Shown here: piece after piece, positions 1-12,200 of the stretch | How the letters are laid out: each line of letters starts with the position of its first letter | Numbering within the stretch: the first letter of the stretch is position 1 | Origin: Eutreptiella sp. 'Long Island Sound 2002' | Lineage: Eukaryota > Protista > Euglenida | NCBI GenBank assembly: GCA_964036045.1 | Contig: OZ038379.1 | Location: forward strand, 57,350,001 to 57,414,000 | Direction of reading: 5' to 3' | Length of the DNA stretch: 64,000 bases | Notes under the pieces: model-generated | Database searches by the model: none | What the model saw: the letters and a program-made list of their open reading frames with translations, nothing else | What the model was told of the DNA's origin: nothing | Made by a program: the position numbers and the translations under genes

Positions 1-760
1 CCATGCATAGGTTGTGGCAACCACAACATTGCACTGCTGGTACATTCTACTTTGGGAGTATAGGCAGTGCCTTGGAGTCCAATGGGCTCCCTTTTGTAGA
101 CAGGGGAACGCCCTGTATTGAACATTCTTCTCATTGCCAAGGAGGTGTGGACATATGATGATTTGGTAAGGGAAGTGTCAATCACAAAGCACAACCATGA
201 GCGGATGATGTGGAAACCATAGTGTGCGAATCCTTATAAGCGCTGGGCCAAATGACGACGTGGTTCTGGTACATTGTACACAACAAGCCCTTCGTAGCTA
301 ATGGGAGAAAATTGTTACCATTGTTCCCGGCTCCTTCTTGTTTCAGCTGCTCAACTGCCCCATAGACCTCCATGTGTTTTGCTGTTCTCCTTTGCGATGT
401 TCAAGGATACTGAAGGGTTCCTCCTCCTGTACTCCTCCTCTTCTTATGGCCTTCCTTCAGGGGTTGTGGGCAGCTGCTACAATTGCTTTTTGTGAGGAGT
501 GGGGGCCTCCGCGTTGCATGCCAACCCCTTAGGCCACAATGTCCCTGCTACTGTTAAAGAGTGCACACACGCAGAAATCAGCTCTTCAACAAAGGCGCAC
601 AGTGCGCCTGTTTCCCCATAAGGCTCTTTTGTTCCCCACAAAGACGCATGGTGATGCGCACATAGTGCGTGCAAATCATCCCATTCCATGACCACCAGAG
701 CATATTTGCCGGATTCAGCTTGGTTTGCCTGGTTGTCCAGGGTTTCAGTTGGCAATCAAA
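1..760 (+). pseudogene. Degenerate reverse transcriptase remnant (non-LTR-like)
   Basis: RQGNA at 98-112 is followed, after a frameshift, by VLNILL..VWTYDDL (YDD 154-162). This resembles the RT QGxPLS...YxDD motifs; many stops. Confidence 0.4.
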
Positions 761-805
761 TCAAAACCCTGTATGCACGATTTCAAGGAATACTAATATT
801 GGGGA

Positions 806-1130
806 TTGGAGATTGGTTTATATTCTGCAGTGCTTTTGAGGCACAGACTTAGGTACCGCATTTTCTCCCTTCCCCCCTGGGTTCACCCTCAGCAGGCGGC
901 AGACTTGGCTGGTGTGGCCCAGGCTGTTCAATGCAGAGCTGATACGCACCTCAATGTAATTGGGAACAATATGGCTTTGCCACAGTTGGCATACTCAAAA
1001 ATGACACCTGCGCTGCCCAACACAGCAGCGAGTATCATGGCAACTGCAGCAAATGCCTTGGTGGTTTGAGCAGACAGTACAACTGAGCTGGATAAGCAAT
1101 TTTGCTGAAAACACTGTTGACAAACCATAG
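806..1130 (+). pseudogene. RNase H-like remnant
   Basis: PPWVHPQQAADLAGV...LNVIGNN...LSWISNFAENTVDKP parallels the RNase H motifs of the retroelements later in the window (PQWVSSQQSGE...VMDN...YVESSLNPTDSVSR). Confidence 0.5.
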
Positions 1131-1399
1131 ACTACAGAGCATCAAGTGGTGTTAGATGTGGGTGCCTTGCTCAGACGTTTGCCAAAGTTGACGAAGTTGA
1201 CGAAGCCAGCAGTGTGTGTATGTCATCAACTGTTTGTCTTTGTTGGTCACCCAATCCCCTCCCCATCTCCGCCCCCAGGTGGGCAACCCTGTGCCCGGCC
1301 CAAAAGACACACCAAACGCATACCAGCACAGCAGAACAAGCATAGAAGCAACCCTACACAGAAGCCATGTACACAACAAAAGAATCTACTGGAGCAGCT

Positions 1400-2604
1400 T
1401 TCAACTTGCTGCCGCATCACTGTTTGAAGACAGTGGCCCAGACACCGACTGAATGCACAAGAGTATTGAATATATCTGCAGTGGACATTCGTGTGGGAAT
1501 GCGGATGCCTCCTTCAAACCTAACCTCGGCGTGCCTGCACTTGACGCATTGTTCAGAGATCCTGAGTCCCAGAATTGCAGATCAGGCCTGCCATTGCGTT
1601 TATGAGCGGCATTGTCTGAAACCTGCCACGCAGCATGCAATCGCCATCGCCCACAAAGGCCCAAGCTGCAGGCACCCCCACGCCGGCGAACTCTTTTACC
1701 TGGGCGCCAAGCAATTCCCCTGGGAAGCACCATGTGGAGTCCACAAAAGAGCACGAGGCCAAGTCCCGGCAGGTCCTCCTTCGGTACTTCTTCTCGAAAT
1801 GGGACTTGTTTGGCACGGGATGGGTCGCATTCAAGGAGATTCGTATGATGATCTTTACGATGGACGCATTTCATGGCGAGGTGTGCTGCTGTTCCATCAA
1901 TCACCTTTCCATCAATACAGCCTGAGGAAAGGACATAAAGTGCGTAAAATGGGGAATCTGTGGCGTATTGTGTGGGCGACTGCTTTGGATTTTCACCCTG
2001 ATCACTGCAACTCAACACCATACCACCAGAATCAAGCCATCATTGCAAAGCAGGCAACCAATATCAGATTTCAATGGTCTATCCCTCCCCATTGTCCAGT
2101 ATGTGGTAACCAACCTGAACCCCACCCCTCCTCCCTCTGGCTAGCAAGCTGCCCTCCAGGGCTTATGCAATCCTAACCTCCATTGCAGAGGCAGAGGCCA
2201 CTGACAGGAGTGGAGTCAAGCTGCTTGCAAAGCTCAAACGAACACTGGCGGACGCCCCCGACACCCCCCGAAGCAAGCAGGACAGGAAACAACAAATTGC
2301 ATGATTGGTCAGGCAACTGCAGAGTAGGCGGCGCTTGCACTCCCTTTGCAATAAACAGGGGGAGATGCTGACAGACCCAGTAAAATTGGCAAGGGCGCTA
2401 CGGGAAAATTGGTATGGCATCATGGCAGCAGGATCCAAAACAGTACCAGAGGGCCTAGAGTATATCCAATCACTGCCACTGGCAGCAAATATAAAACAGG
2501 CTGCAAAAGCCTTGCTGAAGCCCTTGACAAATGAACTGGTACAGACAGCGCTGGGGAACATGAAAAAAGGCTCGTCGCCAGGGCTGGATGGAATGCCAGC
2601 GGAA
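1400..2604 (+). pseudogene. LINE ORF2 remnant (possible APE plus pre-RT linker), truncated by the array
   Basis: ORF 2305 reads PLTNELVQTALGNMKKGSSPGLDGMPAE, the canonical pre-RT KSPGxDGxPAEF motif, and is cut exactly at the array start. Weak FTW/YFF/DH motifs upstream. Confidence 0.65.
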
Positions 2605-3223
2605 TCACCTCGAAGAGAGGTTGTTAGATCAAGTGCAGGTGCAGGCGTCGTATGCCCCCCTTTTTTGGGGTCATTCGCGTAGCATACCTGAAGGCATGAT
2701 ATTGGATGTCCAACCCCTTGTAAAATCATTATTTTGCCCAATAAGACAATTCCCCAATGGATTTTTTGATTCTGAGGCCTCTATCCCCTAAAACTGGATA
2801 ACACTTTTTTGAGGGGGGGGTGGGGGGGGTGGGGGGGGGTCAAAAGTTTTCGCTCAGAAGGCTCGGAGCAGTGGGGAGACATATAGCTATCACACAACCG
2901 CCGGTCGAATGGTAACGCACTTGGCCGCAGTATTTTAGGTCGGCGGTTCGAATCCTGGTCAGTAGACGCCGGCGGCGGCGCTGCGGCGGTATGCGCCACA
3001 CCGGGGTTCGAACCGCCGACCCAAAAGCCGGTGCCGCCTGCATTACCATTCAGCCACTGCTACGCCTGACACCTGTTGTTCTCCCAACTGCTTGAACCCG
3101 TGTCTGCTACTGACAAAAAACCCAAAGTGTGTGTTTCTGTCTGACTGACTGCTGGCCTGTCTAACTGACTGATTGGCTGACTGTCAACCTCTCTTCGAGG
3201 TGGACTTGCCGAAGGCAATAGAA
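2605..3223 (+). mobile_element. Non-autonomous Helentron/DINE-1-like element, family A
   Basis: Perfect 18-bp asymmetric inverted repeat CACCTCGAAGAGAGGTTG (2606-2623) / CAACCTCTCTTCGAGGTG (3185-3202), then hairpin TTGCC-GAA-GGCAA (3206-3218) at the 3' end. No coding capacity. Confidence 0.7.
2898..3059. promoter_or_regulatory. Convergent pair of tRNA-derived Pol III A/B boxes
   Basis: Plus strand: A-like CCGGTCGAATGGT 2901-2913 and B GGTTCGAATCC 2945-2955. Minus strand: A TGGCTGAATGG 3056-3046 and B GGTTCGAACCC 3014-3004. Cloverleaf stems do not pair fully. Confidence 0.6.
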
Positions 3224-6200
3224 TCACCTCGCAGAGGTTGTTAGATCAAAGCCAGGCAGGCGTATATAGGGGAAAACGCCACATACCCCCTCATTTTGGC
3301 GCTTTACAGACCTTGGATGGTCATTTTAGGTGGTCACAATATCAAAAAAACAAGTTTCGAAAACTTCCATTTTTGAGCTGCCCACGGTGAAAAACTGCAG
3401 AAGCAGGTGGTGTACCAATCCCTTGGGAGACCCCGCCCCCCCCCCCCGGATGGTCCAGTCCACGACAACACCACCAGTGCCTAGAGCAGTCAGGAGGTGT
3501 GGACCCCCCCAGTCGAGCGCCCAGGGAGCGCGCCCCCGTGCCTCATGCAGTCGTGGGGCCGCTGGCAGCATGTCAATGACCGGGAGGCGGCGTGTCCAGT
3601 CCGAACACTCCCCCGGCGGGCTCAGCGTCAGGCTCCCATGGCCTCCCTGCCGGGGCCTGGAGCACCAGGCATCACACAACCCCCCACACGCCCCCCCCCC
3701 CCCCGACGCGCCTCCACCACAAGCAGCCAGGGCCCGGTGGTGGCGGACCCTGGTTCACACCCGACGACCACACGAACAGCCGGGACGCCACTACAAGCGG
3801 CGACACGGACGGACCAAGCCGCAGCGGGGGAAACCAGAAACACTGGAGCGGCACCGGCGCCAGCGGGCAGGGCCAGGCGCGGCGCAGCCGTGTGACCCGT
3901 CATGCCCTGCGAGCGCCACCAGCATGCACGCCCCGCCCTCCTGCCCCGCGCGCGCCACACACACAGGCACGGCGGCATCTCCCTCCCGTGTGTGCCACCA
4001 CGGGGTACGGGGGCGGTCAACAGTCCGGCAGGCCTTGGGACCGGACAACCGCGATTCGCCTAGCCCAGTCGTGTCGGCACAAAGGCGAGTGCTGACCATG
4101 GGCCAGGGCGTCCGGCACAGGCCTTGACCCAAACCAAACCAAACCCCCCCCCGGACCTAATAGCCAAATAGGATGGAAAACACGTAAATACGGCCTAAAA
4201 CATGCTTTACATACCTTGGATGGTCATTTTAGGTGGTCACAATATCAAAAAAACAGCTTTCAAAAACTGCGATTATTGAGCTGCCCAAGGTGAAAAACTG
4301 CAGAAGTAGGCTGTGTACCGGCCCATTCACTAGGCCATTATTGGTGGAAACAGTCATTTCGCGCCTTTGGCACGGGTTGTGAACCGCCCTAAGAAAGGCT
4401 AGAGACCGCAAAAAACGTCCTTCTGTATCCTAGTAGGCATATATTGTCACAACATCCGCACTCACACCCCTCAAAGTGGGTACCACGGGGTCACCGGATC
4501 CGCCAAAACCACCAACATAGCAAAAATGGCTGAAAAGTGCATAAACTGCAAAAGCGCTCGTCCCACTCCGCCCCATGCAAACCCTATGGAGTCGGGACCC
4601 GGAGACACTTTTTCGGCTTAGAATCGAAAAAAACCAAAAGATTCATGATTTTCGACCCAAAAAAAGGGGGGTCAAACCCTCAAAAAAGTGGGTTTCAAGG
4701 GGGGGGGGTTTTGGGGGGGGTCCGGACCAAAAACTCTTTGGGGGATGCGTTTATTGGACAAAATAGTGATTTTACAAGGGGTTAAACTAACAATTCAACC
4801 CCTCGGGGTAGGGTACGCGAATAGGCCCAAAAAAGCCCAAATGGGTTGGTATGTGGCGTTTTCCCCTATATACGCCTGCCTGGCTTTGATCTAACAACCT
4901 CTGCGAGGTGATTCTATTGCCTTCGGCAAGTGCACCTCGCAGAGAACCTACCCCAAGCCACACACACCCTAAATAGGGTATAAACTACATAAATACGGGC
5001 TAAAACATGCTTTACATACCTTGGATGGTCATTTTAGGTGATCACAATATCATAAAGACAAGTTTCGAAAACTTCGATTTTTGAGCTGCCCAGGGTGAAA
5101 CTGCACAAGCCGGACCCCCCCCAGACCCCCCCCACTTGAAACCCACGGGCTTGAGGCAGGGGCGGGGGGGGGGGGGGGTTGGGGGTGGGGGGTGGGGGGT
5201 CAAAAATGTCGAAAAAAATGACCCCCCCTTTTTTGGGTCGAAAATCATGAATCTTTTGGTTTTTTTTTCGATTCTAAGCCGAAAAAGTGTCTCCGGGTCC
5301 CGACTCCATAGGGTTTGTATGGGGCGGAGTGGGACGAGCGCTTGTGCAGTTTATGCACTTTTCAGCCATTTTTGCTATGTTGGCGGTTTTGGCGGATCCG
5401 GTGACCCCGTGGTACCCACTTTGAGGGGTGCGAGTGCGGATGTTGTGACAATATATGCCTACTAGGATACAGAAGGACGTTTTTTGTGGTCTCTAGCCTT
5501 GCTTAGGGCGGTTCACAACCCGTGCCAAAGACGCGAAATGACTGTTTCCACCAATAATGGCCTTGTGGATGGGCCGGTACACAGCCTACTTCTGCAGTTT
5601 TTCACCTTGGGCAGCTCAAAAATCGCAGTTTTTGAAACCTGTTTTTTTCCATATTGTGACCACCTAAAATGACCATCCAAGGTATGTAAAGCATGTTTTA
5701 GGCCGTATTTACGTGTTTTCCATCCTATTTGGCTATTAGGTCGGGGGGGGGGGGTCTCCCAAGGGATTGGTACACCACCTGCTTCTGCAGTTTTTCACCG
5801 TGGGCAGCTCAAAAATGGAAGTTTTCGAAACTTGTTTTTTTGATATTGTGACCACCTAAAATGACCATCCAAGGTCTGTTAAGCATGTTTTAGGCCGCAT
5901 TTACGTGTTTTTCACCCTATTTGGGTATTAGGTCGGGGGGGGTGGGGGGGCACCCAAGGGATTGGTACACAACCTGCTCATGCAGTGTTTTACGCCGGAC
6001 AGCTCAAAAATCGAAGTTTTCGAAACTTGTTTCTTTGATACCTTGATCACCAAAAATGATCATCCAAGAAAAAATGACCCCCCCTTTTTTTAGGGTCGAA
6101 AATCATGAATCTTTTGGTTTTTTTCGATTTTGAGCCGAAAAAGTGTTTCCGGGTCCCGACTCCATAGGGTTTGTATGGGGCGGAGTGGGACGAGCGCTTT

Positions 6201-9200
6201 TGCAGTTTATGCACTTTTCAGCCATTTTTGGTATGTTGGCGGTTTTGGCGACCTCGGTGACCCCGTGGTACCCACTCTGAGGGGTGTGAGTGGGGATTTT
6301 GTGACAGTATATGCCTACTAGGATATAGAAGGATGTTTTTTGCAGTCTCTAGCCGTGCCGAAGGCCGGTCAAATGCCCGTGCCACAGACGCGAAATGGCT
6401 ATTTCCGCTAATAATGGGCTAGTGAATGGGTTGGTACACAACCTGATGACGCAGTTTTTCACCTTGGACAGCTCAAAAATGGAAGTTTTCGAAACTTGTT
6501 TTTTTGATGTTCTGACCACCCAATATGACCATCCAAGGTATGTAAACCATGTTTTAGGCTGTATTTACGTGTTTTCCACCCTATTTGGGAAATAGGTCCG
6601 GGGGGCGGGGTCCTCCCGAGGGATTGGTACAGAACATGCTCATGCAGTTTTTCACCCTGGAGAGCTCAAAAATCGAAGTTTTCAAAACTTGTTTTTATGA
6701 TATTGTGACCACACAATATGACCATCCAACATATATAAAGCATGTTTTACGCCGTATTTACATGATTTTCACCCTATTTGGGTATTAGGTCCGGGGTGGG
6801 GGGGGTTCCAAGGGATTGGTACACAACCTGCTTGTGCAGCTTTTCACCGTGGCCAGCTTAAAAATCGAAGTTTTTGAAACTTGTTTTTTTGATATCGTGA
6901 TCACCTAAAATGACCATCCAAGATACGTAAAGCATGTTTTAGCCCGTATTTATGTAGTTTATACCTTATTTTGGGTGTAAGTGTCTTGGGATAGATTCTC
7001 TGCGAGGTGGGCTTGCCGAAGGCAATAGAATTTCGTACGAATCACCTCGCAGAGGTTGTTAGATCAAAGCCAGGCAAGAGTATATAGGGGAAAACGCCAC
7101 ATACCCCCCCCATTTTGGCCTTTTTGGGCCTATTCGCGTACCCTAGCCCAAGGGGTTGAATTGTTAGTTTAACCCCTTGTAAAATCACTATTTTGTCCAA
7201 TAAACGCATCCCCCAATGAGCTTTTGGTCCGGACCCCCCCAGACCCCCCCCCCACTTGAAACCCACTTTTTTGAGGGTTTGAGGGTTTGAGGGAGGGGTG
7301 GGGGGGTGTCATTTTTTTGACCCCCCCCTTTTTTTGGGTTGAAAATCATGAATCTTTTGGTTTTTTTCGATTTTGAGCCGAAAAAGTGTTTCCGGGTCCG
7401 GACTCCATAGGGTTTGTATGGGGCAGAGTGGGACGAGCGCCTATGCAGTTTATGCACTTTTCAACCTTTTTTGGTATCACGGTTTTGGTGACCTCGGTGA
7501 CCCCGTGGTACCCACTCTGAGGGATGTGAGTGGGGATTTGGTGACAGTATATGCCTGCTAGGATACAGAAGGACGTTTTTTGCAGTCTCTAGCCGTGCCG
7601 AGGGCCGGTCAAATGCCCGTGCCAAAGACGCGAAATGGCTATTTCCGCTAATAATGGGCTAGTGAATGGGTTGTTGGTGCACAACCAGCTTATGCAGTTT
7701 TTCACCCTGGACAGCTCAAAAATCGAAGTTTTCGAAACTTGTTTTTTTGATATTGTGACCACCTAAAATGACCATCCAAGGTCTGTTAAGCATGTTTTAG
7801 GCCGCATTTACGTGTTTTTCACCCTATTTGGGTATTAGGTCGGGGGGGGTGGGGGGGCACCCAAGGGATTGGTACACAACCTGCTCATGCAGTGTTTTAC
7901 GCCGGACAGCTCAAAAATCGAAGTTTTCGAAACTTGTTTCTTTGATACCTTGATCACCAAAAATGATCATCCAAGAAAAAATGACCCCCCCCTTTTTTTA
8001 GGGTCGAAAATCATGAATCTTTTGGTTTTTTTCGATTTTGAGCCGAAAAAGTGTTTCCGGGTCCCGACTCCATAGGGTTTGTATGGGGCGGAGTGGGACG
8101 AGCGCTTTTGCAGTTTATGCACTTTTCAGCCATTTTTGGTATGTTGGCGGTTTTGGCGACCTCGGTGACCCCGTGGTACCCACTCTGAGGGGTGTGAGTG
8201 GGGATTTTGTGACAGTATATGCCTACTAGGATACAGAAGGATGTTTTTTGCAGTCTCTAGCCGTGCCGAAGGCCGGTCAAATGCCCGTGCCACAGACGCG
8301 AAATGGCTATTTCCGCTAATAATGGGCTAGTGAATGGGTTGGTACACAACCAGCTTATGCAGTTTTTCACCTTGGACAGCTCAAAAATGGAAGTTTTCGA
8401 AACTTGTTTTTTTGATGTTGTGACCACCCAATATGACCATCCAAGGTATGTAAAGCATGTTTTAGGCTGTATTTACGTGTTTTCCACCCTATTTGGGAAA
8501 TAGGTCCGGGGGGCGGGGTCCTCCCGAGGGATTGGTACAGAACATGCTCATGCAGTTTTTCACCCTGGAGAGCTCAAAAATCGAAGTTTTCAAAACTTGT
8601 TTTAATGATATTGTGACCACACAATATGACCATCCAACATATATAAAGCATGTTTTACGCCGTATTTACATGATTTTCACCCTATTTGGGTATTAGGTCC
8701 GGGGTGGGGGGGGTTCCAAGGGATTGGTACACAACCTGCTTATGCAGCTTTTCACCGTGGCCAGCTTAAAAATCGAAGTTTTTGAAACTTGTTTTTTTGA
8801 TATCGTGATCACCTAAAATGACCATCCAAGATACGTAAAGCATGTTTTAGCCCGTATTTATGTAGTTTATACCTTATTTTGGGTGTAAGTGTCTTGGGAT
8901 AGATTCTCTGCGAGGTGGGCTTGCCGAAGGCAATAGAATTTCGTACGAATCACCTCGCAGAGGTTGTTAGATCAAAGCCAGGCAAGAGTATATAGGGGAA
9001 AACGCCACATACCCCCCCCATTTTGGCCTTTTTGGGCCTATTCGCGTACCCTAGCCCAAGGGGTTGAATTGTTAGTTTAACCCCTTGTAAAATCACTATT
9101 TTGTCCAATAAACGCATCCCCCAATGAGCTTTTGGTCCGGACCCCCCAGACCCCCCCCCCACTTGAAACCCACTTTTTTGAGGGTTTGAGGGTTTGAGGG

Positions 9201-12200
9201 AGGGGTGGGGGGGTGTCATTTTTTGACCCCCCCCTTTTTTTGGGTTGAAAATCATGAATCTTTTGGTTTTTTTCGATTTTGAGCTGAAAAAGTGTTTCCG
9301 GGTCCGGACTCCATAGGGTTTGTATGGGGCAGAGTGGGACGAGCGCCTATGCAGTTTATGCACTTTTCAACCTTTTTTGGTATCACGGTTTTGGTGACCT
9401 CGGTGACCCCGTGGTACCCACTCTGAGGGATGTGAGTAGGGATTTGGTGACAGTATATGCCTGCTAGGATACAGAAGGACGTTTTTTGCAGTCTCTAGCC
9501 GTGCCGAGGGCCGGTCAAATGCCCGTGCCAAAGACGCGAAATGGCTATTTCCGCTAATAATGGGCTAGTGAATGGGTTGTTGGTGCACAACCAGCTTATG
9601 CAGTTTTTCACCCTGGACAGCTCAAAAATCGAAGTTTTCGAAACTTGTTTTTTTGATATTGTGACCACCTAAAATGACCATCCAGGGTATGTTAAGCATA
9701 TTTTAGGCCGCATTTACGTGTTTTTCACCCTATTTGGGTATTAGGTCGGGGGGGGGTGGGGGGGCACCCAAGGGATTGGTACACAACCTGCTCATGCAGT
9801 GTTTTACGCCGGACAGCTCAAAAATCGAAGTTTTCGAAACTTGTTTCTTTGATACCTTGATCACCAAAAATGATCATCCAAGAAAAAATGACCCCCCCCT
9901 TTTTTTAGGGTCGAAAATCATGAATCTTTTGGTTTTTTTCGATTTTGAGCCGAAAAAGTGTTTCCGGGTCCCGACTCCATAGGGTTTGTATGGGGCGGAG
10001 TGGGACGAGCGCTTTTGCAGTTTATGCACTTTTCAGCCATTTTTGGTATGTTGGCGGTTTTGGCGACCTCGGTGACCCCGTGGTACCCACTCTGAGGGGT
10101 GTGAGTGGGGATTTTGTGACAGTATATGCCTACTAGGATACAGAAGGATGTTTTTTGCAGTCTCTAGCCGTGCCGAAGGCCGGTCAAATGCCCGTGCCAC
10201 AGACGCGAAATGGCTATTTCCGCTAATAATGGGCTAGTGAATGGGTTGGTACACAACCAGCTTATGCAATTTTTCACCTTGGACAGCTCAAAAATGGAAG
10301 TTTTCGAAACTTGTTTTTTTGATGTTGTGACCACCCAATATGACCATCCAAGGTATGTAAACCATGTTTTAGGCTGTATTTACGTGTTTTCCACCCTATT
10401 TGGGAAATAGGTCCGGGGGGCGGGGTCCTCCCGAGGGATTGGTACAGAACATGCTCATGCAGTTTTTCACCCTGGAGAGCTCAAAAATCGAAGTTTTCAA
10501 AACTTGGTTTAATGATATTGTGACCACACAATATGACCATCCAACATATATAAAGCATGTTTTACGCCGTATTTACATGATTTTCACCCTATTTGGGTAT
10601 TAGGTCCGGGGTGGGGGGGGTTCCAAGGGATTGGTACACAACCTGCTTATGCAGCTTTTCACCGTGGCCAGCTTAAAAATCGAAGTTTTTGAAGCTTGTT
10701 TTTTTGATATCGTGATCACCTAAAATGACCATCCAAGATACGTAAAGCATGTTTTAGCCCGTATTTATGTAGTTTATACCTTATTTTGGGTGATATCTTG
10801 GGATAGATTCTCTGCGAGGTGGGCTTGCCGAAGGCAATAGAATTTCATACGAATCACCTCGCAGAGGTTGTTAGATCAAGGCAGGCAAGAGTATATAGGG
10901 GAAAACGCCACATACCCCCCACATTTTGGCTTTTTTGGGCCTATTCGCGTACCACAGCCCAAGGGGTTGAATTGTTAGTTTAACCCCTTGTAAAATCACT
11001 ATTTTGTCCAATAAACGCATCCCCCAATGAGCTTTTGGTCCGGACCCCCCCAGACCCCCCCCCACTTGAAACCCACTTTTTTGAGGGTTTGAGGGAGGGG
11101 TGGGGGGGTGTCATTTTTTTGACCCCCCCCTTTTTTTGGGTTGAAAATCATGAATCTTTTGGTTTTTTTCGATTTTGAGCCGAAAAAGTGTTTCCGGGTC
11201 CCGACTCCATAGGGTTTGTATGGGGCGGAGTGGGACGAGCGCTTTTGCAGTTTATGCGCTTTTCAGCCATTTTTGGTATGTTGGCGGTTTTGGCGACCTC
11301 GGTGACCCCGTGGTACCCACTCTGAGGGGTGTGCGTGGGGATTTTGTGACAGTATATGCCTACTAGGATACAGAAGGATGTTTTTTGCAGTCTCTAGCCG
11401 TGCCGAAGGCCGGTCAAATGCCCGTGCCACAGACGCGAAATGGCTATTTCCGCTAATAATGGGCTAGTGAATGGGTTGGTACACAACCAGCTTATGCAGT
11501 TTTTCACCTTGGACAGCTCAAAAATGGAAGTTTTCGAAACTTGTTTTTTTGATGTTGTGACCACCCAATATGACCATCCAAGGTATGTAAAGAATGTTTT
11601 AGGCTGTATTTACGTGTTTTCCACCCTATTTGGGAAATAGGTCCGGGGGGCGGGGTCCTCCCGAGGGATTGGTACAGAACATGCTCATGCAGTTTTTCAC
11701 CCTGGAGAGCTCAAAAATCGAAGTTTTCAAAACTTGTTTTTATGATATTGTGACCACACAATATGACCATCCAACATATGTAAAGCATGTTTTACGCCGT
11801 ATTTACATGATTTTCACCCTATTTGGGTATTAGGTCCGGGGTGGGGGGGGTTCCAAGGGATTGGTACACAACCTGCTTATGCAGCTTTTCACCGTGGCCA
11901 GCTTAAAAATCGAAGTTTTTGAAACTTGTTTTTTTGATATCGTGATCACCTAAAATGACCATCCAAGATACGTAAAGCATGTTTTAGCCCGTATTTATGT
12001 AGTTTATACCTTATTTTGGGTGTGAGTGTCTTGGGATAGATTCTCTGCGAGGTGGGCTTGCCGAAGGCAATAGAATTTCATACGAATCACCTCGCAGAGG
12101 TTGTTAGATCAAGCCAGGCAAGAGTATATAGGGGAAAACGCCACATACCCCCCACATTTTGGCTTTTTTGGGCCTATTCGCGTACCCTAGCCCAAGGGGT

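Noticed and set aside
2898-3059. Functional tRNA genes
   Set aside because: A and B boxes are present, but acceptor, anticodon and T stems do not pair and no anticodon can be assigned.
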